Source: a candidate division WOR-3 bacterium (GTDB lineage Bacteria; Hydrothermota; Tepidihabitantia; Tepidihabitantales; Tepidihabitantaceae). Taken from it: 18,203 bases of DNA. Location: the NCBI GenBank assembly GCA_965649295.1, contig CBFGKH010000017.1, positions 1-18,203 of the forward strand, in the 5' to 3' direction. A model generated the notes under the pieces. It had not been told where the DNA came from. It searched no databases and saw nothing but the letters and a program-made list of their open reading frames with translations. A program made the position numbers and the translations under genes. This document shows positions 18,025 to 18,203 of the stretch, one piece after another (the stretch's first letter is position 1; the number at the start of each line of letters is the position of its first letter).

Positions 18025-18069
18025 GACTGATCCTTAATGGCGCCGGAACGCGCCAGAACAAGACCTCGA

Positions 18070-18097
18070 AGTATATCGAGCAACATCCATCTGTCAA
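18070..18097 (-). promoter_or_regulatory. Putative promoter of the peptidoglycan-remodelling operon
   Basis: Minus strand TTGACA, 16 bp, TATACT. Confidence 0.75.
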
Positions 18098-18099
18098 AA

Positions 18100-18203
18100 C
18101 GCGGTGGCGGGCAGATGCCCGCCACCGCAAGGTTAGGTAGCCCTAGGGCTGCGTTAGCCTAGCGCTCGACTACGAGCTTCTGGCTCGCAGTGAACCCGTC
18201 GGC
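18100..18203 (-). repeat. Copy 3 of the T9SS-gene 3'-end/double-hairpin repeat (runs off the window end)
   Basis: Reverse complement is 103/104 identical to 6685-6788. Confidence 0.97.
18159..18203 (-). CDS. C-terminal fragment of another T9SS-sorted paralog (ADGFTASQKLVVER-stop), truncated by the window edge
   Basis: Minus-strand translation matches ADGFTSSQKLVVER-stop of the 247-6729 protein at 13/14 aa. Confidence 0.8.
   Translation of the reverse strand, partial: ADGFTASQKLVVER

Overview
Bacterial region with no mobile-element genes. The Kelch plus T9SS-type C-terminal architecture resembles proteins of candidate phylum WOR-3 or related FCB lineages (inference). It holds a ~2160-aa secreted surface protein (beta-helix, choice-of-anchor Q, Ig/FN3 repeats, Kelch propeller, T9SS-type sorting domain), two lipoproteins, a stand-alone ThiN with an AIR-synthase-family gene, MsrB, a CDF transporter, a Cu(I) P1B-ATPase with four YHS domains, tRNA-Ser(GGA), and an M15 peptidase / L,D-transpeptidase / degenerate L,D-transpeptidase operon. 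Two features stand out. First, a cassette made of the last codons of a T9SS-cargo gene plus a double hairpin occurs three times (both window ends and 6685-6788; two copies match at 103/104 nt in inverted orientation). Second, six sigma70-like promoters all have a 16-bp spacer, and three of them appear to drive leaderless mRNAs.
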